This document shows positions 13,164 through 28,454 of a DNA stretch of 64,000 bases, one piece after another. The notes beneath the pieces are model-generated. The model saw only the letters and a program-made list of their open reading frames with translations. It ran no database searches and was not told the origin of the DNA. Both the position numbers and the translations under genes were made by a program. Numbering within the stretch: the stretch's first letter is position 1; every line of letters begins with the position of its first letter. Source of the DNA: Octopus vulgaris (Eukaryota); assembly GCA_951406725.2 (NCBI GenBank), contig OX597835.1:44020001-44084000 (forward strand), read 5' to 3'.

Positions 13164-14559
13164 TGAGAGATACATATATACGCATGTATGTATGTACATA
13201 TACAATTAGATAATATTTTATCCCCATATATATATATATTTATATATATACACATATATATATATATGTATGTGTGTGCATATGTATGTGTATATATATA
13301 TGTATATATGTAAATATAGATACACACACATATGTATGTATTGAAGTGTTTGCGTTTTCAACAACTACAGATTTATTTACGTAGACATGAATACTGACTC
13401 AGACTTTCTCACACAAATACGTATGCGCACACATACATAGACATACGAATTCATGCGTACATATTTATATCAATATTTTCAACATTTCAGTTGGATAATA
13501 TATATTCATAAACTTTGTAGACAAGCTTCCATTGTTTGGAAAAAGGAAAACTATTCTGAAAATTTTCCATACATATTGAGAAGCTGGTATAATATTTTAG
13601 AAATAAGTTACAATGTTTGAAAACATATTTGTATAGAATTTCCTATTATATTGGTAGTTACATTACGCATGCGCACACAAATACATATACTTATACGCAC
13701 ATTCGTTGAGCTTAGCGAAAAGATATTCTGGCGCTAAATAAGGAGACGTTATTTTTTAAATGGAAAAAAATTGTTGACTTAACAGATCAGTATAGAAATG
13801 GATAAATAATGCATTGTTATATTGTTATTTGTTTTGTTTAGTATGTCTTTGTATCGATGTAATTGTTTGTATTCCTTAGAGTACAGTGTACTTTTAATAT
13901 TTTGCGTGGTTTCTCGATAAAATTTGTATCATACTAAATTCATTTTGATAGACTAAAATGAGTTTCGTTTCACTTTCTGTTCATGCCATTTTTAGTTTTA
14001 TATTTCCACAAGAATAACGAACAGAACCAATGTCTATGCTTTTATTAATAGAATAACCCTCTCGAAATATAACAATATAGTAGTGCATTGTACTCTTCGG
14101 AAATGCTTTGTAAACTGCTCATGTGACGTAATAACAGGTTTCACTGTACATATCATCAGGCCAGCAATCTGATGCAAAACGAGTTTGCAGCGATGGGTCC
14201 TCAGTAAAGGCAACGAATCCTCAGGCGATGGCGTTAAACTATTGGTTTAGATTTATGTCATGTGATGTCACCGAATAATGTGACTTTAGTTTCGTTTTCA
14301 TTCGATTTATAGCAATGACTGAGGCAAATTGAAAGCTTGTACTCGTTGGAGCTGCTGTATTTTGTATAAAGAGTACAAACGACTAAATTTAGTATTCAGT
14401 CCGAGAAAAACGACTTAACAATTTTCTGCTGAACAACTTGTGCAGGTGATTTTTTCACAGGGATGAAATGGTTGTGATGTACTTGAACTCACTTCCTTCA
14501 TCAAATCGACATTGCCTGGAGAGATACAAAGTCAGCCAAACGCCAGTTCTCAAAGGATT

Positions 14560-14685
14560 CACAGAACAACGCGAAAAGAAACAGTTTGCTCGAGAATACT
14601 ACGTGCTGTTCGTTCCGGAAATTGAACCCGCAATCTCGCGATCATGAGTGCAACATCCTCATCTCTAGATCACCCACTTTCACTT
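14560..14685 (-). mobile_element. Decayed tRNA-derived SINE head (related to family C)
   Basis: gaaattgaacccgcaatctcgcgatcatgagtgcaacatcct resembles the head at 35640-35693. Confidence 0.5.
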
Positions 14686-15424
14686 GTAGAGCAATGAAGG
14701 GAAATAAAATGCATTAATGGTTCTCATTTTTTTTGTCAGCTTCGCAAATCTGATGTAACCATCCTTTATCGAAAATATAGAAAGAAGAATAACTGTTATA
14801 AATTAAAGGAGACTTTTTAGAGAAAAACGTCATTTTATATTTTAACGAAATTCAGTTAAAATAATCGTGACGAAGCAATTAATTAATTAATTAATTAATT
14901 AGATAATTAAATAAAGAATTAATTAATCAAACAACAAAATATCAACAAAGATATAAAACACAAAAATATAAAACAAAAAACAAACCATCACACAAATACA
15001 AACAATCACGGTAAAGATGATATCATCGACATTATCCTCATCATCATCATTGCCACCATCGACATCATCATCATCATTATCATCATCATCATATTAACCC
15101 CCATAATGCCCTTCCTCCACCACTCTCATCACCGCCACTGCCACCACCACCACCACTACCACTATCACCACCACTACCACCACCACCACCACCACCACTA
15201 CCACCACCACCACCACCACCACTACCACCATAATCATTAAAAACATAATCATCACCATCTTCACCTCTACCAAAGCCATCACCATCATCATAATCATCAT
15301 CATCATCATCATCAGAAGTAGTTTCAGCAGCTGCCGGGGTAGCTGCAGTGGTAATAATACCACCACCATCACAATCACCACCACCACCACCACATGAATA
15401 ATGACGATAGCTACAAGACAGTTA

Positions 15425-15620
15425 GAAGGCGCCTATGTGGTCGTCAAACTTGCTAAAGCCCGCAGCCAAATCGCCATCAAATCATACCGTAGCCACTTGA
15501 TAACGGAATGACGCATTCGCTAACGTATTCTTATGTAAACAAACGTACTGGATGGTCACGGTAGGCAAGTCGTTAATCGTAGTTGTGCTCCAAAATGGCC
15601 GACCTAGTCTAAAATAACCA
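15425..15620 (+). mobile_element. Decayed interspersed repeat family D (tgctagaaatagcagcc motif); other pieces near 15890, 16150-16370, 19050-19270 and 32845-32890 (-)
   Basis: Recurrent cctgctagaaata(a/g)cagcc...aaatcac and gatggtcacgg...ttgatc motifs. Confidence 0.5.
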
Positions 15621-15654
15621 CAATAACAACAGAACTCCCCAATATTGTAATAAT

Positions 15655-15845
15655 GATTTTAAAATTTTAACACAAGGTCAGCAATTTCGAGGGAGGGGGC
15701 AAGTCAACTGTATCGACTGGTATTTAGTTTATGGACCCCGAATGGATGAAAAGAAGCATCAACCTCGGTGGCATTTGAACTCATAACGCAGAGACGGACG
15801 AGATGCCGCTAGACATTTTGTCCGGCGCAGAAACGCCCCACACCA
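15655..15845 (-). mobile_element. SINE family A
   Basis: cacaaggtcagcaattt tail; accccgaatggatgaaa; acctcggtggcatttgaactca. Confidence 0.8.
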
Positions 15846-16429
15846 GTAATATTACGAGTAACATTAAGCATAATGACGAAAAAACATCATGATTACTCGA
15901 CCTGCTAGAAATAATAGCCAAAAGCTTTCTCCTTTAAATTCTATTGTAATGCTTTGGTGAACGAATTGCACTTTCGTAAAAATATGCGGGTTCGAGGTCC
16001 TCGGAAACAGGGGCAGATTTTATGTCTGGATTGAATGTTATTTCTGGTCACGTGGTTAAACCAAAAAAGAAACGCAAAGCATCAACAAAAAACGAATGGA
16101 ATGAGGAACAACAACGGTACAATGGTCAACCCCCAACACGACTAGGAAGCTAAGTGATTACTTTATTTGCTAGAAATAGCAGCCTATTTTCTCTCAAGCA
16201 TCACCAAAACGTTTTGGAGTAAACGGAATGATATGTAGCAAAAGTGTGGAATGGTGTTAGTAATTCACACGAGAGGGGAAAAACATGAGATGGCCACGGA
16301 TGGGATGCGTTTGATCGTCCGATTGCAGCTCTACTATAAGTAGAAGAGGCATCTTGGGTTTAAAGGACGACAACATTAACACCAACATCAGCAATCAATA
16401 ATAACAATAACAACAACAACAACAACAAC

Positions 16430-16481
<52 letters not shown>

Positions 16482-16519
16482 TAATGATGATGTTAATAAT
16501 AATAATAATAATGATGATA

Positions 16520-16652
<133 letters not shown>

Positions 16653-17734
16653 TAATAATAATGATAATGATAATATCTTCACCATCAACGTCAACGTATT
16701 AACACGTCAACAGGAAAATTTAAAGGAAGAAATAAAATCGAAAAGATTCTTTCAAAAATACACAAAATATAATGTAGCAAAGACTGATCAATAAATAAGA
16801 ATTGAGTGAATGACATTGTCAAAAGCAATATGAAAAATGGCGAATTTATTCAAAGGAGCAGCAGAAATTATTCAGTTGGAAAGTCCTATTAACAATGTAA
16901 ATCCTTAAAGAACGCCAAAATCTAATCGATCTTTTTTTATTTTAAAGAACTCGGGGAGAAAATAATTAAATATTTCGTTTTAAATAGCTTTTCAATAAAA
17001 CATTTAATTTCATTTTTATGAAGAAATAAAAATAAGGAAAATATATATGTATGTACGTATGCACACATACAAACACACACACACAACATACATATGCATA
17101 CATTTATATATATATATAATATGTGTGTGTATACATATATGTATGTATGCATGTATACATACATATATGTATATATGTATATATGTATGTATGCATATAT
17201 ACATACATATATGTATATATGTATGTATGCATATATACATACATATCTGTATATATGTATGTATGAATATATACATATATGTATATATGTATGTATGCAT
17301 ATATATATATATACATACACACTCATATATATATATATATATATATGCACATATGCATATATATGAATATGTATTTATATGCATATGTATATGTAAATAT
17401 GTATACATGAATATACATATATGTATATATACATTTACATATACATACATACACACACGCATATATATATCATATAAATGAAGAACGGTAGAAAGTGAAA
17501 CCGAAAGTGAAAGTAGAGATGAGAAAAAAGAAGAGCGGGAAACAGAGAAACAACACTGATAAATGAAAACTACAACAAATGTTATATATGTAATATATAA
17601 ATGTATAAATAAATGAGAAAAATATCAGAAAATGGGAGGAAAAAAAGGAAGGATTAAAATGCCAGAAAGACATTTGAAGAAAATAGGAACAGGTAAATAA
17701 TAAATCAGGAAATACACAGATGCACGAAATGTAA

Positions 17735-18140
<406 letters not shown>

Positions 18141-18295
18141 AGTCCCACACAATCACACACAGGCATAGGCCTGTCTATCTATCTATTGTATATCTATCTA
18201 TCTAGCTGTTGATCTGTATATATGTTTGCGTTTGGACTATACGCTCTCTCTCACTCATACGCACATACGCATACACAAACACACACATACATATT

Positions 18296-18469
18296 TAGGT
18301 AAGTATTCTTTGTAAGCCTGGTACTTATGCTATCGGTCTCTCTAGACGAAACGCTAAGAAACGGGGACGTAAACACACCAGCATCGGTTATCAGGCGATG
18401 TTGGGGGACAAACACAAACACACAAACTAATACATGCATATATATATCTATATATATATATACTACGGA

Positions 18470-18559
<90 letters not shown>

Positions 18560-18637
18560 GACGGGCTTCTTTCAGTTTCCATCTACCAAATCCACTCACA
18601 AGGATTTGGTCGGCCTGAGGCTATAGTAGAAGACACT
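18296..18637 (-). mobile_element. SINE family B (CORE-like), truncated at both ends
   Basis: Inverse of the central and 3' parts of 23470-23960; internal microsatellite expanded. Confidence 0.85.
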
Positions 18638-18679
18638 ATGCCATACATACATCTATCTATATATACATCTACATCTACT

Positions 18680-18734
<55 letters not shown>

Positions 18735-18760
18735 ATATATATATATACATCTACATTATG

Positions 18761-18846
<86 letters not shown>

Positions 18847-19354
18847 TATATGCATTCGCAGAAACATTGTTAAAAATGTATGTATATGTACGTACATACA
18901 AAATGGATGTTATAGAGTTGATGATAGCCCGTTGCTAGGTTTTGTAGTTTTACGCCATGTTTAAAGAGGTGATCATTGTTCAGCTGTGAAAAACAAAAAA
19001 ACAGCAACGCGAAATCAATCTCAGAACCAGAACTGGACTCTTCACCTAGGTTCTCACCTTGCTAGAAATAACAGCTTGTTAAATCTTCAAATCACAAGGT
19101 ACTATTTTTAATCGAGTTAATGGAAGGTGACAAGGGGGCAATGGTATAATTGAGACAATATGTCTCACAAAGCAAGACAAAACAAAAAGCAAGTGAACGA
19201 CAGGAATGTCACGGACGGGACGTCTTAGTTGAAAGATGTATCCAATCAAATTTGTCTTGGGACGAGCAGAGAAAACCCAGCTGTTGCTATAGCTACGGAG
19301 GTAGTTGTCGTTGCTGCAGCTGCTGCTGCTGCTGCTACTACTACTACTACTGCA

Positions 19355-19389
<35 letters not shown>

Positions 19390-19589
19390 CACTGCTGCTG
19401 CTAGTGCTGTTGCTGCTGCTTCTGCTTGTGATTTCTAAAACCCTAACTGAGGTTGTAATAAAATCACGTGGTAGCAGGATAATGGTAATAATATCGATGA
19501 TGATAATGATGATGATGATGATGATGGTTAAGATTTCTAAAATCTTTTAATGATTTTTTAACATCATCGTCATTCACAACAACAACGGC

Positions 19590-19702
<113 letters not shown>

Positions 19703-19818
19703 AACCACAATAATGAATGATGATGATGTAATAATAATGATGATGATGATGATGATAATAATGATGATAATGATGATGATGATGAAACAACCACAATCCC
19801 ATGAATGAAGAAGAAGAA

Positions 19819-19851
<33 letters not shown>

Positions 19852-20459
19852 GAAGAAGAAGAAGAAGAAGAAGAAGAAGATGATGATGATGATGATGATG
19901 ATGATAATGATGATAATTAGAAGCGTATCGATATCAATCCGAGCAACGCAAATGTAATTCATATTAATTGATTGCAAGCTTTGTTTGTAAACAAAATGAG
20001 GAAATGTCGGCCGATTCATGCTGTGCCATAAAACAGCCAATGAAATATCATCTAAGATGTCAGCAGATACTCACTAATGTTTTAAATGCCTTCTTTTTAT
20101 TGTTACATAATGTGTAATCTCTACGTTAATTAATGATCCATTCGTTAATTATGAGTGATATGTTCGTTAAATTCAGTAAATGTTAGTTAACGTTAAACAT
20201 TTTTCTTCTTTTTTTTTTTTTTGTAATTTAGCTGCCGGAGAAGGTGATAGACTAGTATCGTGAAGTGAAGAGCTGTGAGTGGGACAAAATGAGTTGACCT
20301 TGTGGTATTTACTACGCCCCTATGTGCCCTGTTGTTTAATACTGCATTGTTAGAGTGTGTCTGTTATCGTTGATGGAGTATTGTTTGTGTTTGTGGTCAT
20401 TCTATAATTGAGCAGAGATTATAATAATTAAAATTAGTAAACGAACTAATATAATACTG

Positions 20460-20680
20460 ATTACAGATCCCGGCACAAGGCGAGACATTTCGGAGAAGGG
20501 AGTAAGTCGATGACTTCGACTCCAGTGTTTAGTTGGTACTCGTTTTATCCACCCTGACAGACAAAGTCGGCCTCGGAAGAATTTGAACTGAGAAAATAAA
20601 GACGAAAGAAGTACTGCTACGCATTTCCCCCCACGTTCTGCATTACCCCCTGCCACGGTTCTGCCAGTTAGCCCTTCTTC
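20460..20680 (-). mobile_element. SINE family A
   Basis: ggcacaagg tail; aaagtcggcctcggaagaatttgaactgag. Confidence 0.75.
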
Positions 20681-20884
20681 CACTAAGAGCTATTACAATA
20701 TTGGAGAGTATTGTAGTTCGCTTGAAGCATTGTGTATAGTTTGTAAAGAATAAAAAGTTTTGAATGGTACAACAATGTACTATAATACAAACAATGGGAT
20801 ATATACCCGTTGTAATGTAGTCATCCATAGTCTGATAATATTTCGGAATAAAATCCCTTCTTCTGATATTCATAGATGGAGATA

Positions 20885-21092
20885 TTGGTTTCAAATTTTG
20901 GCGCAAGGCCAGGAATTTCGGGGCTTGTCGATTACATCGACTTTAGTACACAACTGCTACATATTTCACCGAGCCCGAACGGATGAAAGGCAAAGTCTAC
21001 CTCGGTAGTATTTGAATTCAGAATGTAAAGATGGACGAAATTCCACAGAGCATTTTGTCCAGCGTGTTGATAATTCTGCCATCTTGCCGCCT
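20885..21092 (-). mobile_element. SINE family A
   Basis: ggtttcaaattttggcgcaaggcc tail; ggatgaaaggcaaagtc core; ttctgccatcttgccgcct head. Confidence 0.85.
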
Positions 21093-21194
21093 CTGCTGAA
21101 ACAAATATCATGACTTTTCATCAGACGCTGTAAGAATTTCTCTAATCCATCTCTGTAGACCGGTGATATATTATTACAATCTAGTATCCAAGAC

Positions 21195-21830
21195 TTGAAA
21201 ACTAATGTTATTGGTTTCCATATATAAATGAGAATATTTCATTACAGTTTCCCATAGATAATTTATTAGTTTTTCCATGGTATGTGCAGCAACTTCACTC
21301 AAAAGAATGTTTACAATATAGAAATTTAAAACTAGCATTACTGCTTTCCATATTTAATATTGAGAAAATTTCATTACGGCTTCCCATAGATAGTACATTA
21401 GTTCTCCACAGGGTGAGTAGAAATTGCAGGTTATAGAATTTTTATCGAATTAAAATTGAAAATTGCATTACTGCTTTCCATACATAATTGTGAGAATATC
21501 ATCGTAGGCTCCCATAGATAATTACAGTTTTCCATAGAGAGGGTACTAACTGTGTTCCATAGAGATGTCTACCGTACAAAAATTGAAAACCAATGTTTGT
21601 GTATTCCATACACAATTGAGAATATAACATAACAGTATCTCATGCATAATTCATTAGTCTTCCAAACACTGCGTAGCAATTCTTTTCCACAGTGAGCTTA
21701 AATTACAGAAACTGAAAAAAAAAATATTACTGCTTTCCATACATCATTGAAAATATATCTCTACAGGTTTCCATACATAATTGATTATGGTTTACTATAG
21801 AGTGTATACCAACAATCACTAATGTTCACT
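21195..21830. repeat. Decayed tandem satellite, ~130-bp period, 5 copies
   Basis: gaaaa...attactgctttccata...tgagaat...cccatagata recurs near 21197, 21327, 21458, 21585 and 21714. Confidence 0.85.
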
Positions 21831-21888
21831 TAAATGTTTCTATATTAAACATGTTGACCTGTCAAGTCATTACAAACCTCACATCAAA

Positions 21889-22038
21889 TGGCTGCGTGGT
21901 ATGAACCTTGTTTCCAAACCATATGGTTTCTGGTTCTGACCTACTGCGTGGCATATTTGGCAGGTGTCTTCTACTATAGCTTCAGACCAACCAAAGCCTT
22001 GGTAGTGGATCTGATAGACGGAAACTGAAAGAAGGCTG

Positions 22039-22042
<4 letters not shown>
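21889..22042 (+). mobile_element. SINE family B, 5' half
   Basis: tggctgcgtggt A-box-like; ggcaggtgtcttctactatagc; gacggaaactgaaagaag. Confidence 0.85.
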
Positions 22043-22115
<73 letters not shown>

Positions 22116-22631
22116 TGTTACGAAAAGAAAATATAAAATACACGTGGAAATGTAAGGGTTAAAACATGAAAAATCAACGAAAATGCATAATGCAAATAGA
22201 AAAAGGCTATTTATGACAGGTAACGAAAAATATATACATTTAGATTGACTAAGGTAGTAATACGAGTCATAAAGGTCATTATTATGAGATGATTATAAGA
22301 TGAAAATAAAGTAAGAGAACAAAACGAACCAATGGCTTACGCAAAGCTATTCATCGTTTATATATATGTATAAATATATATATATATATATATGAATAAA
22401 AATGGAGTTAACGCAGGTGTAATCAAATATTTTTACTTTCAACACATGTTTCGATTCCATGATATATTCAAAAGAATAAATGGTATAAACAATGCAATCT
22501 TCTCCCAGGAAAGTGAAAAAACGAAACTCGTCAATAAGACATTTTAGCAAAAAATTATGGATTTGTATAGCCCTGGTAACACTATTTATTTATTTTTCCC
22601 GTGTTAATGTTAACAAGGTAAAAATACACTC

Positions 22632-22692
<61 letters not shown>

Positions 22693-22792
22693 TGTTGTTT
22701 AGCCCCGATTCAGATCTGCTCAATCCGCCTATGATCAAAAATATTTCAGAAGTGAAAATCCTGTCTAATTTTAGGTAATGTCTCTAGCTTTG

Positions 22793-23085
22793 TTGGGACA
22801 AGAAAACTAACACCTGGATTCCACAGCAGACGAGAGTCAACGTCATCATAAGAACCATCAAGGAGAACAAATACCGATAGGCTGGCTGCATCGCACGAGT
22901 GAAGGACAACATATGGAAATCAGGGTGAAGCAAGGGTCACCAGGACAATGGACAAGATCAAGTGGCCGACCAAAGAAAGATAGAGAGGTGACCTCATCCG
23001 CTATCTGGGTCTTACATGGCCACGACTGGCCAGAGACGGACAGTGGTGGAAGAAGTCCAGGGAGACATTCCTCCTTCAGGAGTGA
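22793..23085 (+). pseudogene. RTE-clade LINE ORF2 C-terminal fragment
   Basis: WDKKTNTWIPQQTRVNVIIRTIKENKYR*AGCIARVKDNIW..SGRP..RGDLIRYLGLTWPRLARDGQWWKKSRETFLLQE* matches the RTE C-terminal W.GH.AR / GRP..RW / W...A.DR..W motifs. Confidence 0.8.
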
Positions 23086-23469
23086 TGAAATCCTGGTTGG
23101 GATTGAGGTGTCTGGCGTTAATTCCTCCAATGTACTTTGCCTGTGTTTAAAATAAGTTGTAGATTTTAAAGGAATTTAGTTCTAAGTAAACCTTCATTCA
23201 AAGAACTTCTGATCAAAGACGTTCCCACAGCATATCTGAAGGTCTTTATAGATATGTATATAGGGTATTTGTAAGGTGTAGAGGTAGGTAAAATGTGGGT
23301 AATGACTATAACACGTTAACAAGTGCAACAGACGTTCATGCAGTGAAACAACCAAATGCATTTGTAGCTTGAGGAATACGTATTAACGATGGTAACGTAG
23401 AAGGAACAGAAACGATGGTAACACACACACATACTTATATATATATACATATAAATATATATGTACACA

Positions 23470-23671
23470 TAGGAGTGGCTGTGTGGTAAGTAGCTTGCTA
23501 ACCAACCACATGGTTCCGGGTTAAGTCCCACTGCGTGGCATCTTGGGCAAGTGTCTTCTACTATGGCCCCGGGCCGACCAATGCCTTGTGAGTGGATTTG
23601 GTAGACGGAAACTGAAAGAAGCCTGTCGTATATAGGTATATATATATATATAGGTATGTATATATATATAT

Positions 23672-23744
<73 letters not shown>

Positions 23745-23960
23745 CATATGTTTGTGTGTCTGTGTTTGTCCCCCTAGCATTGCTTGACAACCGATGCTGG
23801 TGTGTTTACGTCCCTGCCACTTAGCGGTTCGGCAAAAGAGACCGATAGAATAAGTACTGGGCTTACAAAGAATAAGTCCCGGGGTCGATTTGCTCGACTA
23901 AAGGCGGTGCTCTAGCATGGCCGCAGTCAAATGACTGAAACAAGTAAAAGAGTAAAAGAG
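23470..23960 (+). mobile_element. SINE family B (tRNA head, CORE-like domain, internal (TA)n/(TG)n), full length
   Basis: A box TGGCTGTGTGG, B-box-like GGTTAAGTCCC, cttgggcaagtgtctt CORE-like segment, tail (agtaaaag)2. Confidence 0.93.
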
Positions 23961-24619
23961 TATACACACTTACATACACACGCACTCACACACACACACA
24001 TATATGTGCTTACATACATATACACATTTTCACAAACGCACATACGCACACATATATGTAATATATGTATGTGGTGATAGCAACTAGAATGTAGACATAT
24101 GATGCGGAACAGGTAAGCACAGTTGTATTCTATGTATATATGAACAAAGGTACATCGGAAGATTAATGTACAGGTTATGTTGACTTGCTGAATAGTATAT
24201 ACGTTGGTGACATGGGAGTAAACTGTCATCATGGGTTGGGGAAAAGGATTTGGTTCAGTTGGAAGAACGAATAAATAAATAAATGAATAAATAAATATCA
24301 TGGGAAATTATCGCAAGTTTGGAAGAAATATACAAAATCGACTATGGCGTTGAAGAGAACGTTGAGGATGATGGTGACAGGATGATGGCGACAGGATAAA
24401 GCTGATTTTGATGACGATAGTGTTGCTGGTTGTCATGGTGATGATAAGAGAAGTGATCATTGTCATGATGGTAGAGTTGGTCGCTGGCGATTGTGAGCAC
24501 GATAAATCAACTGAGAGATTTTGCAAAGAGTCACGCTCTTGAATGTCACCAGGATTATCGACCATCTTCTCACCATTCCTCAATGGAGTCCTCATACTGT
24601 AATCACCTTGATATTTCTC

Positions 24620-24906
24620 CTCCTGTTCCTCCTCCTCCTCCTCCTCCTCCACCTCATCATCATCATCATCATCACCACCGTTTTCATTTTACTTGTCATC
24701 GTTCTTTCTGCTGTCATTAAATTATTCCTATCAAAACCAACATTATTGCCAGTATATTCTTCCACTTCGGTTTCCAACATTATACCAAAATCTTCTTCGT
24801 CATTATCGGTGTCACCCTCCTCCTCCTCCTCCTCCTCCTCCTCCTCCTCCTCCTCCTCCTCCTCCTCCTCTTCCTCCTCCTCCTCCTCCTCATCATCATC
24901 ATCATT

Positions 24907-24937
<31 letters not shown>

Positions 24938-24948
24938 CCAACATCACC

Positions 24949-24989
<41 letters not shown>

Positions 24990-25720
24990 TATCATCATCA
25001 TCATCATCATCACCAACATCACCTTCATCATCATCATCATCATCACCTTCATCGTCATCGTCATCATCATCATCATCATCACCTTCATCACCATCATCAT
25101 CATCATCACCGATGTCATCATCACAATCGCCACCACCACGATAAACATACTACCACCACCACAACCGCCATAATCTTCTTCGCCTTCATCATCATCTTCG
25201 TCATCACTACCACCACCACCACCACCACCACCACCACCATAACCACCACCACCACCACCACGATCATCATCATAATCTTCTTCGCCTTCATCATCATCTT
25301 CGTCATCACCACCACCACCACCACCACAACCACCACGATCATCATCATAATCTTCGCTTTCATCATCTTCATCATCACATCACCATCACCATCATCATCA
25401 TAATCTTCTTTGCCTTCATCATCAACTTCATCATCACCATCACCACCACCATCATCATCGTCATCATCATCTTCATCATCATCATCACCACCACCACAAC
25501 CACCACGATCATCATCATAATCTTCGCTTTCATCATCTTCATCATCACATCACCATCACCATCATCATCATAATCTTCTTTGCCTTCATCATCAACTTCA
25601 TCATCACCATCACCAACATCATCATGATCATCACCACCCTCCTCCTCATCATCATAATCATCATCGTCATCGTCAACATCATCATCATCATCATCACCAC
25701 CATCACCACCAATACCATTT
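24620..25720. repeat. Compound (CCT)n/(CAT)n/(CAC)n region with higher-order duplications
   Basis: cataatcttc(tt)cgc.ttcatcatc recurs 6 times; ~125-bp block 25318-25445 repeated at 25488-25615. Confidence 0.9.
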
Positions 25721-26117
25721 TCATATAGGCCGTGTCATGGTGATCAACACCACTGTCAACTTCATCCTCCTCTCCCTCCTCCTTCTCTTCTTTCTCATCA
25801 TCAGTATCTTCAGAACCTCAGCATCCCAGCATCCCCCACTACATTCAGCATTGTTATCCTAAAGACGATATCACATTCGTCAGCGTTAATACCATTGTCA
25901 TCTGTTTCACCTCCGTCATACTCCGTTGCTGTCATCATCGTCATCGTTGCCACAACCATCACCATCCTTATCAACATCACCACCAATGACACCAGCATCA
26001 CCTCCAGATACACCGCCATCATAATCAACATCACTACCATGATGACGAAAATAAACAAAAGAAAGTAGGCCCTTTCATCTCGCTATCACCGTAATCACAT
26101 CATCAAAGCTATCCTTT

Positions 26118-26221
<104 letters not shown>

Positions 26222-26522
26222 TATCTTAAATATATGATATAATATAGTATATATGTATCTTAAAATATAATATAATATATGATGTATATATATATATTTA
26301 CAATGATGTGTATTAATTTCATATATAGATAAATCATGCATACATACATACATACATACATACATACATGCACATACATATATATATATATATACATATA
26401 TTTACAATGACGTGTATTAATTTCAAGATATATAGATACATACATGCATACATACATACATACATACATATATACATATATATATACACACACACACACA
26501 CACATATATATATACACATATA

Positions 26523-26562
<40 letters not shown>

Positions 26563-26718
26563 TATATATATGTTTATATATATATATACATATATATATA
26601 CACACATATATATATGTGTATATATATATATGCATATATATGCATATATATATATATATACATATATTTACAATGATGTGTATTAATTTCAAGATATATA
26701 GATACATACATGTATACA

Positions 26719-26913
<195 letters not shown>

Positions 26914-27315
26914 TATGTATATATACAATTTGATTAGCCTTTCGGAAGATACAGCTGAAACAAAAAAAAAAAAAGAAAACGACTTCCTTTACTCTCTTTA
27001 TATTTCGTCTTTGTTTCCCATTCAGTTCCTACTCCCTCTCTTCTTTCTCTCGGATCCTCTCTCTCCCTCACTCCACCCTCTCTCTCTCTCTCACACACAC
27101 ACATATTCTATTTCTATCTCTCATCCCCTGAAAATGCCACCCTCATCTTTCTACCCACTCAACATTCGCTTCTCATTCAAATGCTCTTATGTTTTTAAGC
27201 AAGAATAACAATTTTGGTTGAATGCCAACCTGAAAAGGCATCGATTTCTGATTTCAGCTGCCAGAAAAAAAGTTTTCATATAGATTGATGCTAAGATCTG
27301 TTTTTGCCAAGGGCC

Positions 27316-27376
27316 ATACACACATACATACATGCATACATACATACATACATACATACATACATACATACATACA

Positions 27377-27408
<32 letters not shown>

Positions 27409-27630
27409 CATAGATACATACATACATACAAACATACATACATACATACATACGTACATACATACATACATGCATACATACATACATATACATATACATA
27501 GATACATACATACATACAAACATACATACATACATACATACATACATACATACATACATACATACATACATACATACATACATACATACATACATACATA
27601 CATACATACATTCATGCATACATACATACA
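27316..27630. repeat. (TACA)n microsatellite
   Basis: Directly visible. Confidence 0.97.
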
Positions 27631-27846
27631 TATATATTATATATGTATACACTATGTACGTATATATATACACATATATGTATGAATGTGTATTTGGGAA
27701 GAAAGAGAGCGAGATGTGCATAATAAATGTATATATTGGTAGTGACACATATCGCATTTACACCATGTATATTGGTTTACCTGTGTAAATTATATAAAGA
27801 CACATATGTTTATATATATATATATGTATATATATGAATATATATA

Positions 27847-27962
<116 letters not shown>

Positions 27963-28208
27963 GTATATATAAATATATATATATATATATACATATGTAT
28001 AATATATATGTGAGTGTTTGTGTATATATACGTATGCATGGAAGTGTATCTATGCGTTTATGTTTATAGTTATTTCCTAAGGTACACATTCGCAGAGATA
28101 CATGAATACACACGGAACGACACACTGACACACGGTTTAGTACATTAGTAAGATATGTGTGTATTCGGTGCATACATAGACATAAAACACACACACACAC
28201 ACGCGCGC

Positions 28209-28278
<70 letters not shown>

Positions 28279-28376
28279 TAAAGGTATTCAAATATAGAAA
28301 TATATACACATAAATAGATAATAAAGATATAAATATATTTCCTATACGTGTATAACCGAATGTTATACAAACATAC

Positions 28377-28454
<78 letters not shown>

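Noticed and set aside
21195-21830. CRISPR-like periodicity
   Set aside because: Entire units are homologous, there are no unique spacers or cas genes, and the context is eukaryotic
23470-23545. tRNA gene (A and B boxes)
   Set aside because: Head of SINE B; no full cloverleaf and it continues into the repeat body. The same applies to the other SINE heads
24521-25403. Poly-S / poly-H / poly-P ORFs (207 and 236 aa)
   Set aside because: Compound CAT/CCT/CAC microsatellite open in several frames; no domain or splice evidence
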